From: Acaryochloris marina S15
GTDB lineage: Bacteria; Cyanobacteriota; Cyanobacteriia; Thermosynechococcales; Thermosynechococcaceae
DNA: 24,000 bases
Assembly: GCF_018336915.1 (NCBI RefSeq)
Contig: NZ_CP064923.1
Span: 4,656,822 to 4,680,821 of the forward strand
Direction: 5' to 3'
Shown: positions 1 through 9,532 of the stretch, piece after piece
How positions within the stretch are numbered: position 1 is the stretch's first letter
Layout of the letters: each line of letters begins with the position of its first letter
Notes under the pieces: model-generated
What the model saw: the letters and a program-made list of their open reading frames with translations, nothing else
Told to the model about the DNA's origin: nothing
Database searches by the model: none
Program-made: the position numbers and the translations under genes

Positions 1-465
1 GAGGTACCTGATTGGAAGAATGAAGAGGTACGGACCCTCTTGGGACGTTTCCTCTTCAGTGGCGAAACTGCCTTCAAACGAGTGGAAGCTCTGAGTGGAG
101 GGGAGAAAGCTCGGTTGGCCCTAGCCAAAATGTTGCTCAGCCCCGTCAACTTACTCATTCTAGATGAGCCGACTAACCACCTCGATATTCCAGCAAAAGA
201 GATGCTAGAAGCAGCACTACAGGATTACGACGGCACGGTCGTGATTGTGTCCCATGACCGATATTTCATCTCACAAGTCGCGACTAAAATTGTGGAGATC
301 AATGAGGGAGAATTGACTCTCTATCGGGGCGATTATCAGTACTACCAAGAGAAAATAGCTGCCACAGCCGAGCAAGCAAAACAAGATAAGATTGCCGCCG
401 AGAAAGCAGCCAAAGCTGAGGCGAAGCGGACCAAGAAGCGAAAGAAAGCAAAAGCCAAGGTTTAG
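1..465 (+). CDS. ABC-F family ATP-binding cassette protein, C-terminal fragment (5' end lies outside the window)
   Basis: Frame 1 is open from nt 1 (EVPDWKNEEVRTLLGRFLF...). It shows the ABC signature LSGGEK, Walker B LLILDEPTNHLD, the H-loop VSHDR, and a Lys/Ala-rich charged tail typical of ABC-F proteins. Stop TAG at 463-465. Confidence 0.85.
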   Translation, partial: EVPDWKNEEVRTLLGRFLFSGETAFKRVEALSGGEKARLALAKMLLSPVNLLILDEPTNHLDIPAKEMLEAALQDYDGTVVIVSHDRYFISQVATKIVEINEGELTLYRGDYQYYQEKIAATAEQAKQDKIAAEKAAKAEAKRTKKRKKAKAKV

Positions 466-564
466 TAGTAGCCTGCAGTAGAATCTCAACCGTTTTAGCC
501 CCCTAAAACACACCATAATGCTGCTGAAATGCATCAGGTGGCCTATTTTTCTCCGTGCTAGAGT

Positions 565-2361
565 ATGGTCTGGTGGCGATCTTTCAGCATTATGGTATTC
601 AAAAATTTTACTTATCCGACTGTGGCACTCATTGGGGTTGCAGCAGTTGCAATTGCACCTCAACCTGCCCAATCCCTCAGTCCTGATCAAATCAGTGGCA
701 TTGCGAAACAAGTCACGGTTCTAATCGATGGTCAAAATCCAGGATCAGGAGTGATTATCAATCGGGATGGCGATACCTATACCGTTCTCACTGCGTTTCA
801 TGTCGTCGGCACCCCCGATGAATATGATGTTGTCACCCCCACCGATCAACGCTACAAATTAGACTATCAAACCGTTAAACGCCTGCCAGGCATTGATCTA
901 GCTGTCCTCAAGTTTAAAAGCGATAAAACCTACAAAGTCGCCGACCTGGGAAACTCTACCCAAATACAAGAAGGGAAGCCCATTTTTGTAGCGGGATTTC
1001 CACAACCGACTCAAGCCATTAACTTATCGATTTACCGATTTACCGAAGGGCGGCTCACCGCCAACTCGTCTAAACCTTTAGCCGATGGCTATGCCCTGGT
1101 TTATAACAATTCCACACGGCCTGGCATGAGCGGCGGCCCCGTCTTAGATGATCAAGGAGCCCTGGTCGGAATTCATGGTCGCTCTGATGCTCAGCAACAG
1201 GGCAATGTCTACTTCAAAAATGATACGAACCTGGGCATTCCCATTGATACCTTCTCAACGATGGTCCCTCAGATAGGGGTTAAGTTAGATTCTAACCTTG
1301 CAACCTCTCCACCTAGCCCATCCAATCCCTCTATTCCTCCACGCCCGCCAGTGCCCCAAGGACCAAGGGCAGGTGACTTTTACCTCCAGGCCACTGATAA
1401 GCTGCAGCGGGGAGATTCCCAAGGGGCGCTGCAGGATCTGAACCAGGCGATTAGTCTAAATCCTAGCTATGCCAGTGCTTATGGCGATCGGGCCACCATC
1501 AAGTTTCAGCAAGGCGATCGCCCAGGAGCGCTCGCAGACTTAGACCAAGCAATCCAGATTGATCCTCAGTTAGCAGATGCCTATGGGATTCGCGGACTAT
1601 ATCGGGTGGTCACTGGCAATATTCGCGGGGCTCAATCCGACGTTGAGAAAGCAGTTCGTCTAAAACCTGAAATCGGCTATGCCTCTCGGGGAGTCGTACG
1701 CTGGTATCGCAGTGATTTATCAGGGGCTCAATCCGATTTCGATCAAGCATTAAACCTCAAAGCCTCTTTCAAGGATGCCTATGCTGTTCACTATTTTCGT
1801 GGGTTTGTCCGGTGGCAGTTGGGCAATTATGATGGCGCTCTGAAAGATCTGAATCGTTCCATTCAGCTCAATCCTAAATATTTAGAAGCTGTAGGCGTTC
1901 GGGGAATTTTGCGTTTCCAAATGGGAGACAATCAAGGGGCCTTACGGGACTTTGATGAAGGCATCCGCATCAATACTGGCAGTAGTGATATCTACACCAT
2001 CCGCGGCATGATTCGCCTCACCCAAGGCGATAACCCAGAGGCCATTTCTGATTTTGATCAAGTTATTCGCATCAAGCCTGGCAATGTTGCTCTTGCGGAT
2101 ATGTATGGTAGCCGAGGAATTGCCTACTTCCAGGCGGGGAATGACGAACAAGCTCTTGCCAGTCTTCAACAGGCGGTTCAACTGGCAAAAGATCCGAGCA
2201 GCCGAGATTCCTATCAGAAGTTAAGTAACGCGATTAACCAAGTGCAATCGCAACCTGCATTACGCCCTAAGATGAAGGCCTTTATCCAAACCTTTATGCA
2301 GAGCTATCTAAAACGATATATCGGCCAGTATGTGCAGTCCTATCGTCCTCTCCAAAGCTAG
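565..2361 (+). CDS. Secreted trypsin-like (S1/chymotrypsin fold) serine protease fused to a C-terminal TPR repeat array
   Basis: N-terminal signal-like segment ...TVALIGVAAVAIAPQPAQS. Catalytic-triad contexts TAFHVV (His), IDLAVLKF (Asp) and GMSGGPV (Ser). A Pro-rich linker (SPPSPSNPSIPPRPPVPQGP) is followed by about 8 34-aa TPR units (GDxxGALxDxxQAIxLNPxxAxAY). An alternative start is ATG 592. Confidence 0.8.
   Translation: MVWWRSFSIMVFKNFTYPTVALIGVAAVAIAPQPAQSLSPDQISGIAKQVTVLIDGQNPGSGVIINRDGDTYTVLTAFHVVGTPDEYDVVTPTDQRYKLDYQTVKRLPGIDLAVLKFKSDKTYKVADLGNSTQIQEGKPIFVAGFPQPTQAINLSIYRFTEGRLTANSSKPLADGYALVYNNSTRPGMSGGPVLDDQGALVGIHGRSDAQQQGNVYFKNDTNLGIPIDTFSTMVPQIGVKLDSNLATSPPSPSNPSIPPRPPVPQGPRAGDFYLQATDKLQRGDSQGALQDLNQAISLNPSYASAYGDRATIKFQQGDRPGALADLDQAIQIDPQLADAYGIRGLYRVVTGNIRGAQSDVEKAVRLKPEIGYASRGVVRWYRSDLSGAQSDFDQALNLKASFKDAYAVHYFRGFVRWQLGNYDGALKDLNRSIQLNPKYLEAVGVRGILRFQMGDNQGALRDFDEGIRINTGSSDIYTIRGMIRLTQGDNPEAISDFDQVIRIKPGNVALADMYGSRGIAYFQAGNDEQALASLQQAVQLAKDPSSRDSYQKLSNAINQVQSQPALRPKMKAFIQTFMQSYLKRYIGQYVQSYRPLQS
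1369..2193 (+). repeat. Degenerate ~102-bp (34-codon) tandem periodicity encoding the TPR array
   Basis: The coding pattern G-D/N-x-x-G-A-L/Q-x-D-L/F-D/N-Q/R-A/S-I-x-L/I-N/D/K-P recurs about every 34 codons. The repeat is at protein level; the DNA copies have diverged. Confidence 0.6.
1514..1521. repeat. HIP1 palindrome GCGATCGC
   Basis: Exact octamer read in the sequence. Confidence 0.95.
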
Positions 2362-2406
2362 GGGCTGATCGAGTAATGAGGCGAGATCAGCAGGGGCTAG
2401 CCCAGC

Positions 2407-3012
2407 ATGTTGGCTGAGGTTAGCCCTCTCAAGGCCCAAGACTTAGCAGAGGCAGTAGCTTTAGATCTGCAGATTTTTGGTGGCTGGTGGAGTTTGCAAG
2501 GGTACCAGCAAGAATTGGACCGGCTGAGCAGTACTTTATTGGGACTACGATTGCGAATGGAGGCTTCGAATCCTGCAATCCGTGATGATCAGACAGCGTC
2601 ATCTCATCCCTTGATTGGCATCAGTTGTCTATGGAGAGTCGAAGACGAAGCCCATATTACGATGCTGGGTATTCATCCTCAACATCAAGGGCAAGGGCTG
2701 GGCCAAGCCCTATTAACATCACTCTTAACATTAGCCAGACTTGAGCAAGCCAATCGAGCCACGTTAGAAGTCAATGTTGCCAACTCGGCAGCCGTGAAAC
2801 TATACAAAAAATTGGGGTTCAAAACCGCTGGGCAACGGCCCCACTATTACGACAACGGTGAGGATGCCCTCATCCTCTGGCAAGGAGATTTACAGACCTC
2901 TCAATTTCAGCAATCTCTTGAGGTATGGCAACGCGACACTGAGCATCAACTCGCCCTGTGGGGATGCAGTGGTCTAAAGATGATCTGGGGTGATGCTAAG
3001 GCAGACTCTTAA
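2407..3012 (+). CDS. rimI: GNAT family N-acetyltransferase, RimI-like (ribosomal-protein-alanine acetyltransferase)
   Basis: Acetyl-CoA binding motif HPQHQGQGLGQALL and a GNAT C-terminal core (ATLEVNVANSAAVKLYKKLGF...RPHYY). It lies 45 bp downstream of the preceding gene on the same strand. Confidence 0.7.
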   Translation: MLAEVSPLKAQDLAEAVALDLQIFGGWWSLQGYQQELDRLSSTLLGLRLRMEASNPAIRDDQTASSHPLIGISCLWRVEDEAHITMLGIHPQHQGQGLGQALLTSLLTLARLEQANRATLEVNVANSAAVKLYKKLGFKTAGQRPHYYDNGEDALILWQGDLQTSQFQQSLEVWQRDTEHQLALWGCSGLKMIWGDAKADS

Positions 3013-3240
3013 AGTAATTTCGTAATATCCACACCCTAGTTTGATCATTTATGACCCAATTGTTGGAAAGATAAATCTACAATGGATCAAAGGAAAAAGC
3101 TGTTTTGGTCAAAAATAGGATTTTTCGTTTACGAAAGTTCCTCATCGATTCAGTGAGAATCCTTATGTAATCACCAATTCAGCCGATCTATCGTGCTAAA
3201 ATTGGGTTTACCAGCAAGCAGCAGGTTGTGGGAAAACGCC

Positions 3241-5712
3241 ATGTTTGAACGCTTTACAGAAAAAGCCATTAAAGTCATCATGCTGGCTCAAGAGGAAGCC
3301 CGCCGCTTGGGGCACAATTTTGTCGGCACAGAGCAAATTCTTTTGGGCCTCATTGGAGAAGGAACAGGCGTGGCTGCCAAAGTTTTGAAATCCATGGGTG
3401 TCAATCTTAAAGATGCTCGCGTTGAAGTAGAAAAAATTATCGGTCGCGGTTCTGGGTTTGTTGCGGTAGAGATTCCCTTTACCCCCAGAGCAAAGCGCGT
3501 TCTCGAGTTGTCCTTGGAAGAGGCCCGTCAATTGGGTCATAACTACATTGGCACTGAGCACCTGCTTTTAGGACTCATCCGTGAGGGTGAAGGGGTCGCC
3601 GCCCGTGTCCTGGAAAATCTTGGAGTTGACCTGGCTAAGGTTCGCACCCAAGTCATCCGCATGTTGGGTGAAACAGCAGAAGTCTCTGCTGGCGGTGGAC
3701 AAGGACGAACCAAAACGCCAACCCTAGACGAATTTGGGGCCAATCTAACTAACCTAGCGACTGAAGGCAAGCTCGATCCGGTCGTCGGTCGTCAAAAAGA
3801 AATTGAGCGCGTCATTCAGATTCTCGGCCGTCGGACCAAAAACAACCCGGTCCTGATTGGTGAACCAGGTGTGGGTAAAACTGCGATCGCAGAAGGTCTC
3901 GCCCAGCGCATCGCCAATGGAGATATTCCCGACATCCTGGAAGAGAAGCGCGTGGTTACCTTGGATATTGGTCTGCTGGTTGCCGGCACCAAATATCGAG
4001 GTGAGTTTGAAGAGCGCCTCAAGAAAATCATGGATGAGATTCGCCAAGCCTCCAACGTTATTTTGGTGATTGACGAAGTTCATACCCTCATCGGTGCGGG
4101 AGCTGCTGAAGGGGCCATTGATGCCGCTAACATCCTCAAGCCTGCGTTGGCTCGGGGTGAACTACAGTGCATTGGTGCCACCACCTTAGATGAATATCGT
4201 AAGCATATTGAGCGGGATGCAGCCCTGGAACGTCGTTTCCAGCCTGTCATGGTGGGTGAGCCTTCTGTTGAAGAAACCATCGAAATTCTGTATGGCCTGC
4301 GCGAACGCTATGAGCAGCACCATAAGCTCAGCATTTTAGATGAGTCTTTGGAAGCAGCTGCTAAGCTCTCTGATCGCTATATCTCTGATCGCTATCTCCC
4401 GGACAAGGCCATCGACTTGATTGATGAAGCTGGATCCAGAGTGCGGTTGATTAACTCGCAACTGCCGCCTGCCGCCAAGGAATTAGACAAGGAACTTCGC
4501 AAGGTCCTCAAAGATAAGGACGATGCAGTTCGGTCTCAAGACTTCGATAAAGCGGGTGAACTGCGGGATCGCGAGATGGAGATTAAGTCCGAAATCAAAG
4601 CCATTGCTCAGAACAAAAAAAATTCTAGTGATGAAAAGACAGACGATTCTCCCAAAGTAACGGAAGAAGATATCGCCCATATCGTGGCCTCCTGGACTGG
4701 GGTTCCCGTCAGTAAGCTGACGGAATCTGAGTCTGAGAAGCTGATGCATATGGAAGATACCTTGCACCAGCGCTTGATTGGTCAGGATGAAGCCGTACGC
4801 GCTATCTCTCGGGCGATTCGGCGGGCTCGTGTGGGTTTGAAGAATCCCAATCGTCCCATTGCTAGCTTCATTTTCTCTGGTCCGACCGGGGTGGGCAAGA
4901 CAGAGCTAACTAAGGCTCTAGCAACCTACTTCTTTGGGGCGGAAGAAGCCATGATTCGCTTGGATATGTCTGAGTACATGGAGCGTCATACGGTTTCCAA
5001 GTTGATTGGTTCACCTCCTGGCTATGTTGGCTATAACGAAGGTGGACAGCTCACTGAGGCTGTTCGACGACGTCCTTACACCGTGGTCCTCTTCGACGAA
5101 ATTGAAAAGGCCCACCCTGATGTCTTCAATATGCTGCTGCAGATTTTGGAAGATGGTCGCTTGACCGATGCCAAAGGACGGACGGTGGACTTCAAGAACA
5201 CCTTGCTGATCATGACTTCGAACATCGGGTCGAAGGTGATTGAGAAGGGTGGCGGTGGACTTGGCTTTGAATTCGCCGAGGATGAAGCGGATTCCCAATA
5301 CAATCGGATTCGCTCCTTGGTTAACGAAGAGCTGAAGGGCTACTTCCGACCTGAGTTCTTGAACCGACTAGACGAAATCATTGTCTTCCGTCAGCTCAAC
5401 AAGGCTGAAGTTAAAGAAATTTCTGAGCTCTTACTGAAGGAAGTCTTCGTCCGCTTAGAAGAAAAGAACATCACCTTGGAAATCACGGAGCGCTTTAAGG
5501 AGCGTTTGGTGGAAGAGGGCTACAACCCCAGTTATGGGGCACGTCCTTTACGTCGGGCCATTATGCGCTTGCTGGAAGACACCTTGGCCGAAGAGATTCT
5601 CTCGGGTCGGGTGAAGGAAGGCGATACTGCCATCGTTGATGTCGACGAAAATCAGCAAGTCAAGATTGCCCCGGCTGAAAAACGGGAACTGCTGCCTCAA
5701 GCCGCAGAATAA
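3241..5712 (+). CDS. clpC: ATP-dependent Clp protease ATP-binding subunit ClpC (class I AAA+ chaperone)
   Basis: Canonical N-terminus [12 protein letters not shown] with a duplicated Clp_N repeat. Two Walker A motifs ([16 protein letters not shown]) and Walker B motifs ([16 protein letters not shown]). UVR-like linker [15 protein letters not shown]. The ORF-track start at GTG 3193 adds 16 non-conserved residues, so ATG 3241 is preferred. Confidence 0.97.
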   Translation: MFERFTEKAIKVIMLAQEEARRLGHNFVGTEQILLGLIGEGTGVAAKVLKSMGVNLKDARVEVEKIIGRGSGFVAVEIPFTPRAKRVLELSLEEARQLGHNYIGTEHLLLGLIREGEGVAARVLENLGVDLAKVRTQVIRMLGETAEVSAGGGQGRTKTPTLDEFGANLTNLATEGKLDPVVGRQKEIERVIQILGRRTKNNPVLIGEPGVGKTAIAEGLAQRIANGDIPDILEEKRVVTLDIGLLVAGTKYRGEFEERLKKIMDEIRQASNVILVIDEVHTLIGAGAAEGAIDAANILKPALARGELQCIGATTLDEYRKHIERDAALERRFQPVMVGEPSVEETIEILYGLRERYEQHHKLSILDESLEAAAKLSDRYISDRYLPDKAIDLIDEAGSRVRLINSQLPPAAKELDKELRKVLKDKDDAVRSQDFDKAGELRDREMEIKSEIKAIAQNKKNSSDEKTDDSPKVTEEDIAHIVASWTGVPVSKLTESESEKLMHMEDTLHQRLIGQDEAVRAISRAIRRARVGLKNPNRPIASFIFSGPTGVGKTELTKALATYFFGAEEAMIRLDMSEYMERHTVSKLIGSPPGYVGYNEGGQLTEAVRRRPYTVVLFDEIEKAHPDVFNMLLQILEDGRLTDAKGRTVDFKNTLLIMTSNIGSKVIEKGGGGLGFEFAEDEADSQYNRIRSLVNEELKGYFRPEFLNRLDEIIVFRQLNKAEVKEISELLLKEVFVRLEEKNITLEITERFKERLVEEGYNPSYGARPLRRAIMRLLEDTLAEEILSGRVKEGDTAIVDVDENQQVKIAPAEKRELLPQAAE
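3883..3890. repeat. HIP1 palindrome GCGATCGC
   Basis: Exact octamer read in the sequence. Confidence 0.95.
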
Positions 5713-5735
5713 TCAACGACCTGCTCATTGCTGAA

Positions 5736-5769
5736 AAAGGGAAATCCGAAAGGGTTTCCCTTTCTTGTT
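5736..5769 (+). terminator. Rho-independent terminator downstream of clpC
   Basis: Stem AAAGGGAAATCC (5736-5747), loop GAAA, stem GGGTTTCCCTTT (5752-5763) with one G-U pair, then a T-rich tail TTTCTTGTT. Confidence 0.75.
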
Positions 5770-5797
5770 ACTACCTCTATAACGCCCAGGACGATCT

Positions 5798-6730
5798 ATG
5801 ACTGCAGAGACCCCTGTCCACAACCACGATCACCACGACCATGATTCCTGTACTCACAGTCACGGCGTTATCGATCCCAGTTTGGCGAGTTCTGAACGGG
5901 GCTTGTGGGCCGTCAAATGGTCTACGGCGGGACTGCTCATCACGGTTTTACTCCAAGTGGGTGCGGTTTATCTTTCTGGCAGTGTGGCCCTCTTGGCTGA
6001 CTTACTCCACAACGTCGGCGATATTATTAGTGCTTTACCCTTGGGCATTGCCTTTTGGATGGGACGATTGGCCCCTAGCCGTCGATTCCAGTATGGCTAT
6101 GGTCGAGTTGAAGATTTAGCTGGCGTCATGATCATTCTGATTATTGCGGCTAGCGCCGTAGCTACGGGATATGAATCGATTCAGCGATTTATCCATCCTC
6201 AACCTTTGGAGCACTTGGGAGCCGTTGCGATCGCAGCCGGTATCGGTTTCATCGGCAATGAATCCATTGCTCTATTTCGCATCCGAGTCGGCAAGGAAAT
6301 TGGTAGTGCAGCATTAGTCGCAGATGGATATCATGCCCGCACTGATGGGCTTGTCAGCTTAGCAGTGGTCATCAGTGCCATAGGGTTATGGCTGGGCTAC
6401 CCTTGGGCTGATCCAGTGGTGGGGTTAGGGATTACTTTCGCTTTACTGCATATTGTTTGGGATTCTGGCCAGACCGTTTTGACGCGGTTACTAGATGGCA
6501 TTGAGCCTGGAACGACAGAGCAATTACAGCTGGCCCTTGCCGAATATGACTATACAAATTTAAAGGCCCGATGGATGGGACATCAGCTTTATGCTCAGGT
6601 TTGTCTGGCAGTAGAGCCTGAGATGAGTGTTGGAGACGGGGATGCGATCGCAAACCAGCTTCGTACTCACCTCCAACAAGAAATTCCTTATCTATCAGAC
6701 ATTTGTATAGAGATGCAGAAAAAATCCTAA
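5798..6730 (+). CDS. Cation diffusion facilitator (CDF) family divalent-metal efflux transporter
   Basis: His-rich N-terminus HNHDHHDHDSCTHSHG, six hydrophobic segments, CDF signature contexts LLADLLHNVGD and ADGYHARTD, and a C-terminal cytoplasmic domain. Confidence 0.85.
   Translation: MTAETPVHNHDHHDHDSCTHSHGVIDPSLASSERGLWAVKWSTAGLLITVLLQVGAVYLSGSVALLADLLHNVGDIISALPLGIAFWMGRLAPSRRFQYGYGRVEDLAGVMIILIIAASAVATGYESIQRFIHPQPLEHLGAVAIAAGIGFIGNESIALFRIRVGKEIGSAALVADGYHARTDGLVSLAVVISAIGLWLGYPWADPVVGLGITFALLHIVWDSGQTVLTRLLDGIEPGTTEQLQLALAEYDYTNLKARWMGHQLYAQVCLAVEPEMSVGDGDAIANQLRTHLQQEIPYLSDICIEMQKKS
6227..6234. repeat. HIP1 palindrome GCGATCGC
   Basis: Exact octamer read in the sequence. Confidence 0.95.
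6644..6651. repeat. HIP1 palindrome GCGATCGC
   Basis: Exact octamer read in the sequence. Confidence 0.95.
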
Positions 6731-6921
6731 CTCTTGAGATGCAGACTCTACTACAACACAAAATCTAACCAAACTATCTTGAATTGCCACATCCATTGAC
6801 TCTAGAAGCCATCAACCGTCTGATACTTCATTTTCCGTAACCTTCAGGCACAAGAATTCAGTCTATCTAGTCAGATGTTGTACAGTGATCTGCAAAATCT
6901 GAATTCCTAGGAGTTGAGCAT

Positions 6922-7356
6922 ATGAATCTTGACCTGGCAATGACGATGGTATGGCTGTGTTTAGGGTTGAGTTTGGGGTGGTTAGGGTTACTTCTAGCCC
7001 TCAGCACAGCCAATACTCTGCAAAAGATTCAGCCCAAACAATCCAAAAAGAAACAGTCCTCGCCCTTTAAGTTAAAACCTTTCTGGCAAGGGTGGTCAGA
7101 TCAGATTCAGCTTCCAGTCTCGGACCCAACAGCCAGCAAATTGTTGGGGAAGCTCATTCCAGGCGAACAGACTATCCCTGCAGCATCCAGCCCTCTTTCA
7201 CTTAATCATCCCCCTTTGGCCTGTGAGTTGGAAATCAGATCCCTCTCAGTCAGTCCTAGCTGTTGTTTACTCCATACCAAGCAAGGCTCTCCACTGCATG
7301 GCGGGGCGATTTCGACTCGGTTAACTCGGTTACGACGGATGGGAGTCTTGTTATAA
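6922..7356 (+). CDS. Hypothetical small membrane protein (doubtful, especially the C-terminal half)
   Basis: AGGAG lies 7 nt upstream of ATG 6922 and the N-terminus has a TM segment (VWLCLGLSLGWLGLLLAL). The C-terminal half is Ser/Leu/Arg/Cys-rich, looks non-protein-like, and has no recognisable domain. Confidence 0.35.
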   Translation: MNLDLAMTMVWLCLGLSLGWLGLLLALSTANTLQKIQPKQSKKKQSSPFKLKPFWQGWSDQIQLPVSDPTASKLLGKLIPGEQTIPAASSPLSLNHPPLACELEIRSLSVSPSCCLLHTKQGSPLHGGAISTRLTRLRRMGVLL

Positions 7357-7440
7357 AAGTCATCAATTGGGAGGATTTGACATAATTTGTAATAATTTGT
7401 TAGGGTGATGAACGGTAAGCCCCATAAAGAGTAAGTAATT

Positions 7441-7776
7441 ATGCTCAAGAAATTAATTGTTCCCTTGACCTTTGCAGCATCAGTGTTTTTTCAGTCTGCT
7501 GCCTTGGCTCAAACGGCAACTTACTACAGTGATTACTACCAGGGCCGCCAAACTGCATCTGGCGAAATCTTCGATACATGGGGCAATACTGCAGCTCACC
7601 CTAGCCTACCCTTCGGCACTTGGGTCCAGGTGACTAATCTCAATAATGGGGCTTCAGTCAGTGTTCGCATCAACGATCGATGCAACTGCGGGATTGACCT
7701 CAGCAAAGCTGCTGCTGGACAGATTGGTCTTCTGCAATCAGGTGTTGCACCCGTATCCATCCAAATTCTCCGGTAA
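7441..7776 (+). CDS. Secreted RlpA-like double-psi beta-barrel (DPBB) domain protein
   Basis: Signal peptide ending SAALA/QT. DPBB/RlpA motifs are YYxxxxxGRQTASGExF, AAHPSLPFGTWVQVTNLNNGASVSVRINDR and DLSKAAAGQIG. Confidence 0.85.
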   Translation: MLKKLIVPLTFAASVFFQSAALAQTATYYSDYYQGRQTASGEIFDTWGNTAAHPSLPFGTWVQVTNLNNGASVSVRINDRCNCGIDLSKAAAGQIGLLQSGVAPVSIQILR

Positions 7777-7848
7777 GTGACTGTCTCCAACTGTTGGATT
7801 GCAATAGATTGATCAGAATTTGCTCTGAGTTGAAATCTTGATATTTCC

Positions 7849-7884
7849 AGAAGCCTCCTAATTGAGTTAGGGGGCTTCTTTGAT
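7849..7884 (+). terminator. Hairpin terminator after the RlpA-like gene
   Basis: 13-bp stem AGAAGCCTCCTAA (7849-7861) / TTAGGGGGCTTCT (7867-7879) with one G-U pair and a 5-nt loop. The T tail is short (TCTTT), so function is not certain. Confidence 0.5.
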
Positions 7885-7943
7885 CTCTGCCCTCAAGTAC
7901 TCAGTGCGGGTTCAGGGAAACTTAAAACATAAGAATATCTCGA

Positions 7944-8549
7944 TCAACTATTCTGCTGAAGCTTTTGAAAAATGCGCAGAAGTAGGGGAACCCCGATCAG
8001 CGCAGACGCGATCAACGCCAATAAAATTTTTGCCAGACTCGCCGTTAAAATCCCTTGATAGAGATACCAGAGGATGCCCATCAACACGATGGCTCTGAGG
8101 ATCAGACTTTGGGTTGAATAAGCGATACTGCCTTGTTGTGTAGTCAGCGGCAGGACAGATTGAGTTTCCCAAGCCAGATTTTTATTCAAACCGAATTGGT
8201 AAGAGTCTCCTGCCAACGTAGAAATCTTGAGTACATATCCCCCTGTTAGGCTCAGCAATACTGCTTCACTCACTGTGTCGAGGAGAATCTCCCAATCTCC
8301 ACAAAATAGATAGGATTCTGTCAGAATCAGCATTCCGCGCCGGGACGTTACCCATTCAAGTTCATACTGCACCGGAGAATCGGCCTTCATCTTTCTGGCT
8401 TTCGTCACACCAGAAGCGAGTATCTGAACATTAGGGTACTGCTTTCGAAACTTCTGCAAGCGAAATGGAACGAGGTAAAACACATAACACGTCGCACGGC
8501 TAAATCCAATCAATACTTGTTCCAGCCAGTCAGTAATATGGGAAAGCAT
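7944..8549 (-). CDS. Hypothetical membrane protein (soluble N-terminal domain plus two C-terminal TM helices)
   Basis: 201-aa ORF starting at ATG with C-terminal hydrophobic segments (LILRAIVLMGILWYLY, ILLALIASALIGVPLLL). I recognise no family motif. Confidence 0.55.
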   Translation of the reverse strand: MLSHITDWLEQVLIGFSRATCYVFYLVPFRLQKFRKQYPNVQILASGVTKARKMKADSPVQYELEWVTSRRGMLILTESYLFCGDWEILLDTVSEAVLLSLTGGYVLKISTLAGDSYQFGLNKNLAWETQSVLPLTTQQGSIAYSTQSLILRAIVLMGILWYLYQGILTASLAKILLALIASALIGVPLLLRIFQKLQQNS

Positions 8550-8695
8550 GGGAAAGTTGATTGCTGAAGTTTTATCAATCTAGATTTAGGAATAATACTG
8601 CCATCTTGATACAATTCCCTATCCTTAAGTATTTCACCACCTCTGAGTGAACTAGATATCGCCCAGTATTGATTGCTCTATTGTCCGATCTATTT

Positions 8696-9532
8696 ATGAC
8701 CGCCACTCAACTCCATCCCTCCAAACAACTGAAGAAACTACAAGCTCGCCTCAGAGGGCTAGTGGGCAAGGCCGTTCGTGACTACAACATGATCGAAGCG
8801 GGCGATCGGATTATGGTGTGTTTGTCTGGTGGCAAGGACTCCTACACCCTGCTGGATATCTTGCTGCACCTACAGCGGGCTGCCCCCATTGATTTTGAGA
8901 TCCTGGCCGTCAACCTCGATCAAAAGCAACCCAATTTTCCAGAACAGATTTTACCGACTTATCTAGACCAACTCCAAGTCCCCTACCGCATCGTCGAAGA
9001 AGATACCTACAGTACGGTCAAACGAGTCATCCCAGAGGGCAAGACCATGTGTGGTCTTTGTTCTCGATTACGGAGAGGGATTCTATATCGAGTCGCTCAA
9101 GAAGAACAAGCCACCAAAATTGCCCTCGGCCACCATCGAGAAGACATTATCGAAACCCTTTTTCTCAATCTGTTCCATGCCGGCAAGCTAGAAGCCATGC
9201 CCCCCAAACTGTTGAGCGACAATCGCCAACATATGGTGATTCGTCCCCTCGCTTACTGCCCAGAAGCGGATATCCAGCGGTATGCCGATTTGCGTCAATT
9301 CCCGATTATTCCCTGCACCCTCTGTGGATCGCAGGAAACGCTACAGCGGGTCCAAGTCAAGCAAATGCTGCAAACTTGGGAACAAGAAACACCGGGGCGA
9401 TTAGAAACGATCTTTCGCAGTCTACAAAATGTCGAATTATCGCAACTGGCCGATCCACAGCTTTTTGATTTTGCTCACTTGGCTATTGCCGCAACTCCTG
9501 CTGTAGATTCACCGGATAAGTCATGCCCCTAG
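8696..9532 (+). CDS. ttcA: tRNA 2-thiocytidine(32) synthetase TtcA (PP-loop ATPase)
   Basis: PP-loop motif CLSGGKDS, the TtcA Cys motifs [10 protein letters not shown] and CTLCGS, and [14 protein letters not shown]. The ORF-track start TTG 8669 is possible, but ATG 8696 is preferred. Confidence 0.88.
   Translation: MTATQLHPSKQLKKLQARLRGLVGKAVRDYNMIEAGDRIMVCLSGGKDSYTLLDILLHLQRAAPIDFEILAVNLDQKQPNFPEQILPTYLDQLQVPYRIVEEDTYSTVKRVIPEGKTMCGLCSRLRRGILYRVAQEEQATKIALGHHREDIIETLFLNLFHAGKLEAMPPKLLSDNRQHMVIRPLAYCPEADIQRYADLRQFPIIPCTLCGSQETLQRVQVKQMLQTWEQETPGRLETIFRSLQNVELSQLADPQLFDFAHLAIAATPAVDSPDKSCP

Noticed and set aside
271-724. 146-aa minus-strand ORF and 68-aa plus-strand ORF spanning the ABC-F 3' end and the protease 5' end
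   Set aside because: They overlap two well-supported genes, have Cys/Leu/Arg-rich nonsense composition, and show no motifs.
4368-4397. Direct DNA repeat TCTGATCGCTAT x2 inside clpC
   Set aside because: It encodes the conserved ClpC peptide [10 protein letters not shown], so it is a protein-level motif duplication and not a mobile or regulatory repeat.
3208-5303. Multiple 66-117-aa minus-strand and alternate-frame ORFs inside clpC
   Set aside because: They lie entirely within a very confidently assigned, highly conserved gene. They are typical shadow ORFs with Arg/Ser/Pro-rich nonsense composition.
7290-7440. Possible c-di-AMP (ydaO-type) riboswitch upstream of the RlpA-like cell-wall gene
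   Set aside because: G-rich blocks loosely resemble parts of the motif. I could not find the conserved CCCGA...CAGCUAAC-type 3' elements or a pseudo-two-fold helix arrangement by eye. It needs cmsearch before any claim.
7880-8172. 72-74-aa ORFs overlapping the 3' part of the minus-strand gene 7944-8549
   Set aside because: They are shorter shadow ORFs within or antisense to a longer ORF that has clear TM helices, and they have no independent support.
9049-9468. 139-aa alternate-frame ORF inside ttcA
   Set aside because: It overlaps the confidently identified ttcA frame. Its Ser/Arg/Pro-rich composition is typical of out-of-frame translation.
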